DNA from: a virus
Lineage: Duplodnaviria > Heunggongvirae > Uroviricota > Caudoviricetes
Length of the DNA: 64,000 nt
Reading direction: 5' to 3' (one strand)
IMG/VR virus record: IMGVR_UViG_3300042549_006728
This document shows positions 39,965 to 49,572 of this stretch, piece after piece. The position numbers and the translations under genes are program-made. The notes beneath the pieces are model-generated. The model was not told the DNA's origin, searched no databases, and saw only the letters and a program-made list of their open reading frames with translations. The number at the start of each line of letters is the position of its first letter. Within the stretch, counting starts at the first letter, position 1.

Positions 39965-41796
39965 TATCTAAACATTCCTCTTCTTCTAAATGAAGGTTTT
40001 GCCATTTCGTCTCCCATCGCCTTAGGTCTAGGATCAACTTGTGGTCTTTTTATTTTTTTCCATTTGTCACCTTCACCTGGTTTAGTGATTGGTTCCTTAA
40101 TTCCTGGTTCTTTAACTGGTGCGTTACCTAATGCTTTAGGTCTAGGATCAACTTGTGGTCTTTTAACAGTTTCCCAAGGTTTCTTTTCTTTAGGTCTAGT
40201 TATCGGTCTGTCAATTCCAGGTTCTTTAACTGGTGAACCACTTCTTAAAAAATCGATATCTAATTCGATAAAGTCATCGTTACCTCTTTGATTGCCGTAT
40301 CTATTAGAATTATCTGAAAAGTCTAATCTACCATCTGAATTATTATCCATATCTAAACGATTAGGAATTCTATCAAAATCTCTATCTAAATCACCTGTTG
40401 GTAAATATCCTTGTCCTGTCTGAACTGCGTCCATCATAGTCATATCGTCTTCACCCATTATACCTCTTCTTCTATCTCTTCTTCCCTCAGTTTTTTTACC
40501 ACTTCTTAATGCTTCAAAATCCGCAGAAGTTATCTTACCGTAAGGTTTTGCCTTATCTATCTTCTTTCTACCATCAGTAAATCTTTCTTCATCTACCATA
40601 TAGTTACTTCTATCGTAATTATCATCAGAACAATTACCACAACCTGCACCCATACAATTTTCACAAATTTGTCTATTTTCTCTTAAAACTTTTTTAAGTG
40701 ACTTTTTAGTTGCGTCCGTTAGAAAAGATTCCATAATTCTTTTTTTAGAGAAAACTCTACTTTCATTCTTAGTTTCTTTTGGTTTGTAAACTAATTTATG
40801 TCCTGAACAATTACATTCGCCATTTTTCAGTAACATTGCAATCATATCAGGTGTAATCTCTAAAGGTTTTTTAGATTTAGTCACTTCTTCTGATAATTCT
40901 TCTCCTTCTGGACTTGCCTCCGTTTCAGCAGGTTCTTCTGTTTCTGGACTTACTTCTGTTTCATCAGGTACTTCTTCACCCTCTTCACCTTCTTCAGTCT
41001 CTTCTTCACCTTCTATTTTTGAAATGATGTCTTCTTTATCATTTTCATCCATTTCATCTAAATGTAATGCAGAAATAATTGAGTTAATAACGTATTTCTC
41101 CAATTCAGGATCAACTTCCTCTTTATCTCTTAACATTTGACCTATCTTACCAGTTAATTTCTGTATTTTTTTTGTGATATCATCACCACCTTCAGATTCT
41201 TCATCTTCAGATTCCTCATCCTCATCACCAAAATCCACATCGGCAATATCTCCACCCATATCAACTTCAGGATCTTCGTTCTCAACCTCATCCTCAACAG
41301 GAGTCTCAGGTGATTCACTTTTAGGTGCATCAACCTTAATAACTTTTTTTTCCTCATCAGAAATGATTTCTTCTTTTTCATCCTCTAATACGAAACCAAA
41401 TCCAGCACCACCTGCAATTGCATTACCATCTGACTCAAATATGTTAGTATTTCTCTTAATACCATAAGATTCATTTAACATATCAAATTTAAGGTTAAGT
41501 TGTTTTAATGCCTCAGAGTATGAGTGATATCTCTCATCGTATTTATTTTGAAGTCCGCCAATATAACTAAAATTCTCAGCTAAAAATTTACCTGATTGTT
41601 TATTAGATGTTTTAATGAAGTAATCATGATTTTCTCTAATTATACCATATACTATCCCATTTGGACCTCTTTTTATTAATTCTAATTCAGAAAATGATTT
41701 ACTTTCATTTAAAGTATTCATTTTACCCATAAGGTCTAACATTCTATTTAGTTTGTCTTGACCTTTTAATGTTTTTGGATTTACGTATTTTCCCAT
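39964..41796 (-). CDS. large low-complexity protein (possible head core/internal protein)
   Basis: Acidic tracts, DLDRDFDRIPNRLDMD motif, KIDKAKPYGKITSADF, C-terminal 38-aa repeat. Confidence 0.7.
   Translation of the reverse strand: MGKYVNPKTLKGQDKLNRMLDLMGKMNTLNESKSFSELELIKRGPNGIVYGIIRENHDYFIKTSNKQSGKFLAENFSYIGGLQNKYDERYHSYSEALKQLNLKFDMLNESYGIKRNTNIFESDGNAIAGGAGFGFVLEDEKEEIISDEEKKVIKVDAPKSESPETPVEDEVENEDPEVDMGGDIADVDFGDEDEESEDEESEGGDDITKKIQKLTGKIGQMLRDKEEVDPELEKYVINSIISALHLDEMDENDKEDIISKIEGEEETEEGEEGEEVPDETEVSPETEEPAETEASPEGEELSEEVTKSKKPLEITPDMIAMLLKNGECNCSGHKLVYKPKETKNESRVFSKKRIMESFLTDATKKSLKKVLRENRQICENCMGAGCGNCSDDNYDRSNYMVDEERFTDGRKKIDKAKPYGKITSADFEALRSGKKTEGRRDRRRGIMGEDDMTMMDAVQTGQGYLPTGDLDRDFDRIPNRLDMDNNSDGRLDFSDNSNRYGNQRGNDDFIELDIDFLRSGSPVKEPGIDRPITRPKEKKPWETVKRPQVDPRPKALGNAPVKEPGIKEPITKPGEGDKWKKIKRPQVDPRPKAMGDEMAKPSFRRRGMFR
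40022..40235. repeat. 114-bp-period tandem duplication in CDS
   Basis: ttaggtctaggatcaacttgtggtctttt at 40022-50 and 40136-64; ggttctttaactggtg at 40106-21 and 40220-35. Confidence 0.85.
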
Positions 41797-41814
41797 TTTA
41801 TTTTTTTATTTATT

Positions 41815-42138
41815 TTATCCGTTAGTTGGTAAACCTGTTATTATGTTTACAAATTGATATTGTTCTGCACCACCAGTTGCGGTTATTAATCCAGTCGGGA
41901 ATACCCCTTGCGGTTTTAAATTACCTAAAAGTAAAAAACCAGAATTTAATGTTGTTGATGGAGGTGGTTGTATAATATTATCTAATGTTTTACCTGCAAC
42001 ACCCGTTACTGATGCGTTATTGATTGTATAAGAACCATTACTATTAAAGTATACGGCACTATAAACATATTTGTCGAAGTCTGCAGTAGTATTCGTATGA
42101 ATTACGGAATATGTTCCAGTTAAATAAGTTGTTCCCAT
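41815..42138 (-). CDS. Thr/Gly-rich hypothetical protein, probably structural
   Basis: 107 aa; late motif at 42152-42161. Confidence 0.65.
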   Translation of the reverse strand: MGTTYLTGTYSVIHTNTTADFDKYVYSAVYFNSNGSYTINNASVTGVAGKTLDNIIQPPPSTTLNSGFLLLGNLKPQGVFPTGLITATGGAEQYQFVNIITGLPTNG

Positions 42139-42179
42139 ATTATTATTTATAAATAAATATTACGTTTTTAGTAAAAAAA

Positions 42180-42977
42180 TTATAATTTAAATTTATTATT
42201 TATGAAAGACTCATCTAAAGTTAAAGACTTATCATATGACTTGGTTTCTATCTCACTTAATTTATCTAAGTACATAGTTCTCCTTAAAACTTTAAACGCT
42301 ATATTCTCAAATGAGTACTCACCCTCCCTATCTAAACCAGTCTGTCTCATTTTTTTGATTTTATCTTTAAGATTTTTAACCATTCTAATAGTTTTATCGT
42401 ATTCACCTGATTTATACATTAGATAAATTTCTTCTATTGCATCAATTATACTATTAACTTTTTGTTCTACTTTTTTAGAATCTATTTCTTTTTTAGTGGA
42501 ATCAGGTTTAACTATCCACCCATCCCATAAAACAGAATAAACTCCACTAGACACATGTGGTTCTTCTGTATCCTGCATATATACTTCTACATCATACGTT
42601 TTGATGGTGATATCATGTGTTTCATTCCATAGATTTTTTTTTGAGTTGAGGTATTCCTTAACTAATTCTTCATTTTCGTCAACATCGACAAAATCGACTA
42701 AAATATGTAAGTCTACATCAGAAAATTTTGACCAATTATAATTTGCCAAACTACCTGTTAATATGACATCTTGAATATCTACCCAACCTATTTTAAGTGT
42801 TTCGAAAAAATCATCCGCAATCATAAGTAATCTTCTTCTTATTTCTAGATGCATATGTTGATCAGTATCAAAAATTTTAGGGTTTAAAGTACTTCTAACT
42901 TCAAAAGAAGATAAATCAATGTTCTCTTTCTTTATTAAGTCACTAACTTCTTGTTCTGTAATTTTTTTAATATCCAT
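42180..42977 (-). CDS. Pol-beta superfamily nucleotidyltransferase
   Basis: ILTGSLANYNWSKFSDVDLHILVD (GS...DxD) and YDVEVY. Confidence 0.8.
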   Translation of the reverse strand: MDIKKITEQEVSDLIKKENIDLSSFEVRSTLNPKIFDTDQHMHLEIRRRLLMIADDFFETLKIGWVDIQDVILTGSLANYNWSKFSDVDLHILVDFVDVDENEELVKEYLNSKKNLWNETHDITIKTYDVEVYMQDTEEPHVSSGVYSVLWDGWIVKPDSTKKEIDSKKVEQKVNSIIDAIEEIYLMYKSGEYDKTIRMVKNLKDKIKKMRQTGLDREGEYSFENIAFKVLRRTMYLDKLSEIETKSYDKSLTLDESFINNKFKL

Positions 42978-43028
42978 AAACTTTTTTATAATAAATATAT
43001 TTCTATATGGATAAATATCTAAAAAATA

Positions 43029-43463
43029 AGAAACGGGCGTAATCTTATTTTATCCTTTAATTATTTGTTTTGATTTAACCCCCAATTCCTTATAATGGGA
43101 AAAGTAAGCGTCTATTAGTTTATCTATGCGTGAGTCAGTATATTTTTTACTATCATCGGAAGATATTTCTATTGCCCGATATAGATCAGTTGTATACCTA
43201 TCTGTCATACTATGTACTTCTCTAAAAGTTTCATGAACATTACGTTCAGCATCATCTATTCTTTTATGTAAGTTTTGTTCTACAATATTAATTAAAATAT
43301 GTAGATTTTCTTTTTCTTTAGTTAATTTTTTAACCTTAAGCATATTCCATATAGTAACTGCACTTAATAGCACAATTAATACAGACGCAACACCTAAAGC
43401 GAATGAAATTGTTTCCATAATTTTTATTTTTTATTTTTTGTTATTAATGAAACGCCCGTTTCT
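43029..43463. repeat. 12-bp GC-rich inverted repeat flanking a gene
   Basis: agaaacgggcgt (43029-40) and acgcccgtttct (43452-63). Confidence 0.7.
43050..43418 (-). CDS. membrane-anchored coiled-coil protein
   Basis: N-terminal TM FALGVASVLIVLLSAVTIW followed by heptads. Confidence 0.7.
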   Translation of the reverse strand: METISFALGVASVLIVLLSAVTIWNMLKVKKLTKEKENLHILINIVEQNLHKRIDDAERNVHETFREVHSMTDRYTTDLYRAIEISSDDSKKYTDSRIDKLIDAYFSHYKELGVKSKQIIKG

Positions 43464-43653
43464 CTATATTATTTATTGTAATTATTTCGTACCTCCACCC
43501 ACTGTCTGTGTTGGTATTTAATATTTCACAAAGTTTTGTTGCCTCATCTATACAGTCAGTTTCAAAAACCTCATTTAGTGAATTTAATAATAAAACATGT
43601 AATTTCTTACTGTTTAATACCATAATTTTTTTTATTTGATAACTATTATTCAT
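43444..43653 (-). CDS. hypothetical protein
   Basis: 69-aa ORF overlapping its neighbour. Confidence 0.6.
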   Translation of the reverse strand: MNNSYQIKKIMVLNSKKLHVLLLNSLNEVFETDCIDEATKLCEILNTNTDSGWRYEIITINNIEKRAFH

Positions 43654-43858
43654 ATTTTTTATTTTTTATTTCTTTTTTATAATCTACCCAACTTAACCAA
43701 AACCCAATACCTACTATTACGTTCATACTTATGGATGCCAATATTTCATATACGTCTTCATATATGTTAACACTTAAATGAACATGACCTACCATCCAAA
43801 AAGGTATTGATAGGTTCTGACTAACCCATAATAACATATATTTAATAAAATATTTCAT
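43646..43858 (-). CDS. small membrane protein
   Basis: 70 aa with two hydrophobic segments. Confidence 0.6.
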   Translation of the reverse strand: MKYFIKYMLLWVSQNLSIPFWMVGHVHLSVNIYEDVYEILASISMNVIVGIGFWLSWVDYKKEIKNKKYE

Positions 43859-44093
43859 ATTTTAAAGCCCATTCCTCACTTATTTTTTTAACCCTATCCT
43901 CAATCAAAGATATATTAACCCCTTCTAATGACATTAAATCTTTCTCAAACTGTGAACCATGATCACTATTCGCAACACTAATTTTTTCTTTAAGAACCGA
44001 TAGTTCGTTTGATGTAAAGAACTCTGTTCCGTGATCAACAATTCTTAATTCTACAAGAATTTTATCATCAAATGTTTTTAATTGGTATATCAT
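43842..44093 (-). CDS. hypothetical protein
   Basis: 83-aa ORF directly after thyA. Confidence 0.6.
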   Translation of the reverse strand: MIYQLKTFDDKILVELRIVDHGTEFFTSNELSVLKEKISVANSDHGSQFEKDLMSLEGVNISLIEDRVKKISEEWALKYEIFY

Positions 44094-44095
44094 AA

Positions 44096-45346
44096 TTAAT
44101 TTGATAAAGGTGCTTTAATTGTTGGGTGTGATTGATAGTCTTTAATTTCAAAGAGGTCAATTGGATACTTTTCCATATCATAATCGAGTATTCCCGGATG
44201 AATGTCTAATATTGGTAATGGATATGGTTCTCTTGTTCGGGTTGGTAGATTTGGATGATGTTGTTTTAACCAATCTTCAGCTATATTGATTGTATGTTCG
44301 TCCCATTTAAAACCATCTCCATCTGGAAATCTATCGTCAAATGGTGCAAAGTTTGCTAACTTACAACGTTCTTCCAAACTCAATTCTCTACCAATCTGTT
44401 CCTTTGCTTGTTCAATATGATTCAAATATAAATGTGTATCACCTAAGTTACCAATTAATTCATCTGGAACCATGTTAACTAATTTAGCAATGATTTCTAA
44501 TAACAATCCGTATGATGCTATATTAAACGGAAGTCCTAAGAATGTATCTACTGAACGTTGATTCCACATTAGAGAGATTGCTCTGGTTGGAATTTCACAA
44601 TCATTCATTATTTTAATGTTCAAATCTTTTATATATGAATTTGTTTCAGTTCTAAAATTCTTAGTATTGGGTTTAAATATATCGCATCTTTCTTCATAAC
44701 TCAACTCTCTTGTATAAACTTGAAATCCATAATGACAAGGTGGAAGAACCATTTGATATAATTCTCCTGGATTCCATGCGGTAACCATTAATCGTCTACT
44801 GTCTGGGTTTGTTTTAAGGTCGTTGATTAGATTTTCAAGTTGATCACATTTTGACACATCTTTAAATGATGTTACTGATCCATGATCCCAACCACTTGGA
44901 ACTTTATTATATCCACCAAACGCTCTCCATTGTGCCCCATAGATTGGACCTAAATCACCCAATTCTTTAGCGACCATTGGATTTGTTTTTATTTCGTTGA
45001 TGAACTCCTCTTTTGTGAATTTATTAACTGGAGGTGATAAAAATTTACCTTCAGTTTCCCACCTTCTCTCATAATTCTTATACGCATCACCATCCCAAAT
45101 ATGACAATCATTATCAACAAGGTATTTGATGTTTGTATCACCACGCAAAAACCATAACAATTCTGTTACAATAAGTCGAAATGGTATCTTCTTTGTTGTA
45201 AGTAAAGGAAACCCTTCTGACATCTTGTGTCTGATTTGTCTTCCAAATACAGATAGTGTACCAGTTCCAGTACGGTCTTGCTTAGTTACTCCGTTATCTA
45301 GGATATCTTGAAGTAAGTCTGTGTATTGTTTATCTAGTGAATTCAT
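44096..45346 (-). CDS. thyA: thymidylate synthase
   Basis: DRTGTGT, FPLLTTKK, ELLWFL, LGPIYGAQWR, SRR, LPPCH, QRSVDTFLGLPFNIASY, DTHLYLNH; likely start MNSLDKQY. Confidence 0.95.
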   Translation of the reverse strand: MNSLDKQYTDLLQDILDNGVTKQDRTGTGTLSVFGRQIRHKMSEGFPLLTTKKIPFRLIVTELLWFLRGDTNIKYLVDNDCHIWDGDAYKNYERRWETEGKFLSPPVNKFTKEEFINEIKTNPMVAKELGDLGPIYGAQWRAFGGYNKVPSGWDHGSVTSFKDVSKCDQLENLINDLKTNPDSRRLMVTAWNPGELYQMVLPPCHYGFQVYTRELSYEERCDIFKPNTKNFRTETNSYIKDLNIKIMNDCEIPTRAISLMWNQRSVDTFLGLPFNIASYGLLLEIIAKLVNMVPDELIGNLGDTHLYLNHIEQAKEQIGRELSLEERCKLANFAPFDDRFPDGDGFKWDEHTINIAEDWLKQHHPNLPTRTREPYPLPILDIHPGILDYDMEKYPIDLFEIKDYQSHPTIKAPLSN

Positions 45347-45467
45347 TGACTGTAATTTTAACTTTGCCTGACGTAACCATATCAATTACCTTCATACATT
45401 CCTTCATGTTTTTACAACCACTTAGGTCCACTTGAATCAAGTGTCTTTTTTTAACTTTATCGTTCAT
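45330..45467 (-). CDS. 45-aa hypothetical protein (not in ORF track)
   Basis: ATG overlaps the KTSC stop; MNDKVKKRHLIQVDLSGC... Confidence 0.45.
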   Translation of the reverse strand: MNDKVKKRHLIQVDLSGCKNMKECMKVIDMVTSGKVKITVNEFTR

Positions 45468-45760
45468 ATAGTATTTTTAATAACATTTATTTGTTCTAAC
45501 ATTGGTGAAACGTCTATAATATTTTTAGATTTCTCAAAAGTATATTTTTTAATTACAGTATTAAGTAATTTACCCTGACTATCACTAGACTCAAATTGTT
45601 TATAATCCTCATTTGTTACATTGTTATAAACATACTGAGTTCCTGATTTAAAAATAACTGCCAATTTTTTTTCTTTTTTTAAGAATTTTGACCCCAAAAC
45701 ATTAGAGGAATCGTACAGACATTCAATAAAATCGTCTTCTTCGTGTTTTAATAATACCAT
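45464..45760 (-). CDS. KTSC-domain protein
   Basis: SSNV...LAVIFKSGTQYVYNNV...Y..F..SDSQGK..N..IK. Confidence 0.75.
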   Translation of the reverse strand: MVLLKHEEDDFIECLYDSSNVLGSKFLKKEKKLAVIFKSGTQYVYNNVTNEDYKQFESSDSQGKLLNTVIKKYTFEKSKNIIDVSPMLEQINVIKNTI

Positions 45761-45763
45761 AAT

Positions 45764-45988
45764 TTAATTTTTAAATAATCTATATGAATATATGTCTTTC
45801 ATTTCATATATTTTTCCGTCTATAATTGCTGGATCATTTACATTAGAACTTTCTTCTTCAGTAATGATAACATAATTACCTGTTATTATCATTGCAGAAT
45901 CTAAATATTCTATTTTATTTGAAGGTTTTCCTTCACTGTCTTTAAGTAGTAAAATTATCTTACTAAATTTGGGAGCTGATGCTATCAT
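45764..45988 (-). CDS. hypothetical protein
   Basis: 74-aa ORF. Confidence 0.6.
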   Translation of the reverse strand: MIASAPKFSKIILLLKDSEGKPSNKIEYLDSAMIITGNYVIITEEESSNVNDPAIIDGKIYEMKDIYSYRLFKN

Positions 45989-46055
45989 TTTATAAAATTT
46001 AAAAAATCATTATTTAACAATTAAATATAGAAAAAAAATACAACATGTAAAGTTT

Positions 46056-46979
46056 TCAAGGGTTGTTAATATGTCTACCTTTTATTTTATAGTAGTTAAC
46101 ATCTATTTCTTTTTCCTCTAATAAATTTTTAGCTATATATGTTTCACCTGTCTCTAAAAAATGATCCATTCTTTTTTTACCGAATATGATATTAAAATCT
46201 ACTAAATCTATACCGATATATTTCCGATTATTTTTTAATGATGCAATTCCTGTTGTAGAAGATCCTGCGAAGGGATCTAATATAATATCATTTTCATCAC
46301 TACCTATTTTAACAAACCATTCTGCCAACTCAACAGTAAAGGGTGCGGGATGTAGGATACTTGAATTGGATTCTGCTGCCGCTATCACAACATTGTGAGG
46401 TAATGACCCATTTACATTGAGTTCTTTCATCTGAGAGTCGTAAACACCATCTCTAGAGTTAATAGTGGTGACAGGTTTTTTAAATCTTTTTTTAGTTACT
46501 TCAGAATGTTCAGTCCTACAATTATCTGCCCTAAATTTAGGTTTATTTGAATTGGAGAAATGGAATACGTATTCATACCTATCAATTGATCTATATTTAC
46601 AATTAGTCGGCATTGCATTTTTCTTAAACCATATATAAGGTTTCGCTACTAAATTCCAACCTTGTTTCCTCATCTTATATTTTAACTCATCTAAAACTGG
46701 ATGAACTACACCATCACTAATTTTATCGTTTATATTTAAGAAAAAACTACCGTTGGGTTTTAAAACTTTTAAAAACAAATCAGTAAATTCTAAAAACCAG
46801 TCGGCATATTCATCGACATGTACTGAACCCACCTCACCATCATCATTACCACTATAATTTTTTCTCATAGAGTAATAAGGTGGTGATGTAAAAATCATGT
46901 CTACCTTTTCACCTTTGGTTATCATTTGCTCTAACACATCTTTTGTGTCTCCTAAAAATAATTTGTATTGACTTTCCAT
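46056..46979 (-). CDS. DNA methyltransferase, beta class (N4-cytosine likely)
   Basis: Motif IV FTSPPY precedes motif I ILDPFAGSSTT; HPAPF. Confidence 0.9.
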   Translation of the reverse strand: MESQYKLFLGDTKDVLEQMITKGEKVDMIFTSPPYYSMRKNYSGNDDGEVGSVHVDEYADWFLEFTDLFLKVLKPNGSFFLNINDKISDGVVHPVLDELKYKMRKQGWNLVAKPYIWFKKNAMPTNCKYRSIDRYEYVFHFSNSNKPKFRADNCRTEHSEVTKKRFKKPVTTINSRDGVYDSQMKELNVNGSLPHNVVIAAAESNSSILHPAPFTVELAEWFVKIGSDENDIILDPFAGSSTTGIASLKNNRKYIGIDLVDFNIIFGKKRMDHFLETGETYIAKNLLEEKEIDVNYYKIKGRHINNP

Positions 46980-47001
46980 TAAATAATAATTAAATTTGAT
47001 A

Positions 47002-47021
47002 CAAATATACTGATATTTATA
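47002..47021. promoter_or_regulatory. back-to-back host-type (-) and late-type (+) promoter elements
   Basis: TATATTTG on minus (47002-09) toward the MTase; GATATTTATA on plus (47012-21) toward clpC. Confidence 0.5.
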
Positions 47022-47035
47022 ATATAAAACAAATA

Positions 47036-49516
47036 ATGATGAAAAAAGTCTTACCTAAAGTAAAAAAAGTGATTAATATGTCACTTATACAAGCCAAAAT
47101 GTATGGTGATATAGAAATAAGGATTGAACATATAGTTATATCTTTAATAAATGATTATAATAATAATGCAATTAAAATACTGACTGACTTAGGGGTAGAT
47201 GTAGATATACTCCATAAAAAAATAGAAATGTCGTTATTAAAAGAAAAAAAAGAACAAATTTCAACAAAAAATAAAGAATTACCGTTAGAAGTTACCGCAG
47301 AAAAAATATTAAAAGGATCGGAAAACGAATGTGATAATATGGGAGATGATTTCTTAGATACCCAACATTTGTTATTATCAACATTAAAAGTGAGAAATAG
47401 TGTCGGTAGTTTTCTAAAGGGATTTAAGATTAATTATACAATGGTTAAAAAACATATGGAAAAAAATTTAATACAAAATAGTATCGATCCTATAGATAGT
47501 GATGATGAAAATATATTTAGAGATAATAAAAAATTAAATAAGAAACCGAATAAGACTAATGAAACACCGATATTAGATAATTTTTCTATTGATGTAACCA
47601 AAAGAGCATCGGAAGGTAAAATTGATCCAGTAATCGGTAGAGATGAATCCATTCAAAGAGTTGCCCAAATATTGGCGAGAAAGAAAAAAAATAATCCCGT
47701 TTTAATTGGTGATCCTGGAGTTGGTAAAACTACAATCGTTGAAGGTTTAGCGTTAAAAATAATTCAAGGTGACGCACCTAGAACATTATTAGATAAAAGG
47801 ATTATTTCTTTAGATATTACTTCATTAGTCGCAGGTACTAAATATAGGGGGCAATTCGAAGAGAGGATTAAAGGTGTGGTAGATGAACTTATGAATGTAG
47901 ATAATGTCATTTTATTCATTGATGAATTACATACGATTGTAGGTGCGGGTAATGCGTCAGGATCAATGGATGCGGCGAATGTATTAAAACCTGCACTCGC
48001 TAGAGGTGATATTCAAGTTATTGGTGCAACTACATTAGATGAATTTAGAGAAAACATTGAAAAGGATGGTGCATTGGCAAGAAGATTTCAACAAGTATTA
48101 ATTAATCCTCCTTCAGTAGAAGATACTATTAAGATTTTAAATAAAATAAAATTTTCGTATGAAAACTATCACAAAGTATATTACCCACAAGAAACTATCG
48201 AACAGTGTGTTAAAATGGCGGATAGATATCTTACAGATAGAGAATTTCCTGATAAGGCTATAGATATCTTAGATGAGGTAGGGTCTAGAACACAAGTTAA
48301 CGCTAAACCACCTAAAACTATAAATAATTTAGAAGACAAAATTAACGAAATTAAAGAAAGAAAAAGTAATGTAGTTAAAAAACAAAAATACGAGGAGGCT
48401 GCTAAATTACGAGATGAAGAAAGAGAAGTTAATGATAAATTAGAGTTTGAAAAAGAAAAGTGGTTAGAAACTATCAATAAGGATCGTAAAAAAATTACAC
48501 CTGAAGATGTTAATGAAGTTGTTTCTATTATGACAGGTATCCCGTTAAAAAGACTTAGTGGTGATCAAGGTAGAAAAATGTTAGAGATGGAATCAGAAAT
48601 GATGAAACAAATTATCGGACAAGATGACGCATTAGAAAAAATAGCTAAATCATTAAGAAGAAATAGAGTAGGTATAAGAAACCCTAAGAAACCAATAGGT
48701 TCATTTATGTTCTTAGGACCAACAGGTGTTGGTAAAACACATATCGCAAAGAAATTAGCAGAGTACATGTTTGGGGATGAGGATTCTTTGATACGTCTTG
48801 ATATGTCAGAATTTCAAGAAAAACACTCAATATCTAGACTTATCGGATCACCTCCAGGATATGTAGGACACGAAGAAGGTGGACAATTAACTGAAAAAGT
48901 TAGGAGACGACCATATTCAATTGTATTATTTGATGAGATAGAAAAGGCTAATAAAGAGATTTACAATACACTTCTACAATTATTAGATGATGGACAGTTA
49001 ACTGATAGTTCAGGTAGAAAAGTAAATTTTAAAAATTGTATGGTTATTATGACATCTAATGTAGGTGTTAAAAAATTGTCTGATTTTGGTACTGGTGTCG
49101 GATTCGGCACCAAATCAAAAATAGAAAGAGAAGAATCTATTAAGGATGGGATGTTATTAGATGAACTTAAAAAACAATTTCCACCAGAATTTTTAAATAG
49201 GTTAGATGACGTAGTTATTTTCAAAACATTAACCAAAGAACAAATCTCTAAAATTGTTGAGTTAGAAATTGATAAATTAGTAGATAGGGTTTCTGAAATA
49301 GGATTTACCTTACAAATTAATAAAACTGCTAAAGATTATTTAGTGGAACAAGGTTACGATAAAGAATATGGTGCTAGACCACTGAATAGGGCGATACAAA
49401 AATATATTGAGGATCCAGTTTCGGAAGAAATTTTAAGTGGTAGAGTTAAAAAGGGTCAAACTATAAAAGTTAGTTATATTAAAGCTAAAGAAGATATTGT
49501 AGTTAAAAGTGAATAA
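47036..49516 (+). CDS. clpC: ATP-dependent Clp protease ATPase subunit ClpC
   Basis: Clp N-domain, [15 protein letters not shown]-type [29 protein letters not shown] ClpP-binding loop, YGARPL. Confidence 0.93.
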   Translation: MMKKVLPKVKKVINMSLIQAKMYGDIEIRIEHIVISLINDYNNNAIKILTDLGVDVDILHKKIEMSLLKEKKEQISTKNKELPLEVTAEKILKGSENECDNMGDDFLDTQHLLLSTLKVRNSVGSFLKGFKINYTMVKKHMEKNLIQNSIDPIDSDDENIFRDNKKLNKKPNKTNETPILDNFSIDVTKRASEGKIDPVIGRDESIQRVAQILARKKKNNPVLIGDPGVGKTTIVEGLALKIIQGDAPRTLLDKRIISLDITSLVAGTKYRGQFEERIKGVVDELMNVDNVILFIDELHTIVGAGNASGSMDAANVLKPALARGDIQVIGATTLDEFRENIEKDGALARRFQQVLINPPSVEDTIKILNKIKFSYENYHKVYYPQETIEQCVKMADRYLTDREFPDKAIDILDEVGSRTQVNAKPPKTINNLEDKINEIKERKSNVVKKQKYEEAAKLRDEEREVNDKLEFEKEKWLETINKDRKKITPEDVNEVVSIMTGIPLKRLSGDQGRKMLEMESEMMKQIIGQDDALEKIAKSLRRNRVGIRNPKKPIGSFMFLGPTGVGKTHIAKKLAEYMFGDEDSLIRLDMSEFQEKHSISRLIGSPPGYVGHEEGGQLTEKVRRRPYSIVLFDEIEKANKEIYNTLLQLLDDGQLTDSSGRKVNFKNCMVIMTSNVGVKKLSDFGTGVGFGTKSKIEREESIKDGMLLDELKKQFPPEFLNRLDDVVIFKTLTKEQISKIVELEIDKLVDRVSEIGFTLQINKTAKDYLVEQGYDKEYGARPLNRAIQKYIEDPVSEEILSGRVKKGQTIKVSYIKAKEDIVVKSE

Positions 49517-49519
49517 AAA

Positions 49520-49551
49520 TTTGGCAGTATAGATATTTCTTATTATATTTG
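49520..49551 (+). promoter_or_regulatory. Bacteroidota-type sigma70 promoter
   Basis: TTTG-N20-TATATTTG. Confidence 0.7.
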
Positions 49552-49572
49552 TTTTTATAAAACTATAACGAT

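Noticed and set aside
43050-43858. Holin/spanin lysis cassette
   Set aside because: Membrane proteins are present but there is no adjacent endolysin or o-spanin lipoprotein; not supportable
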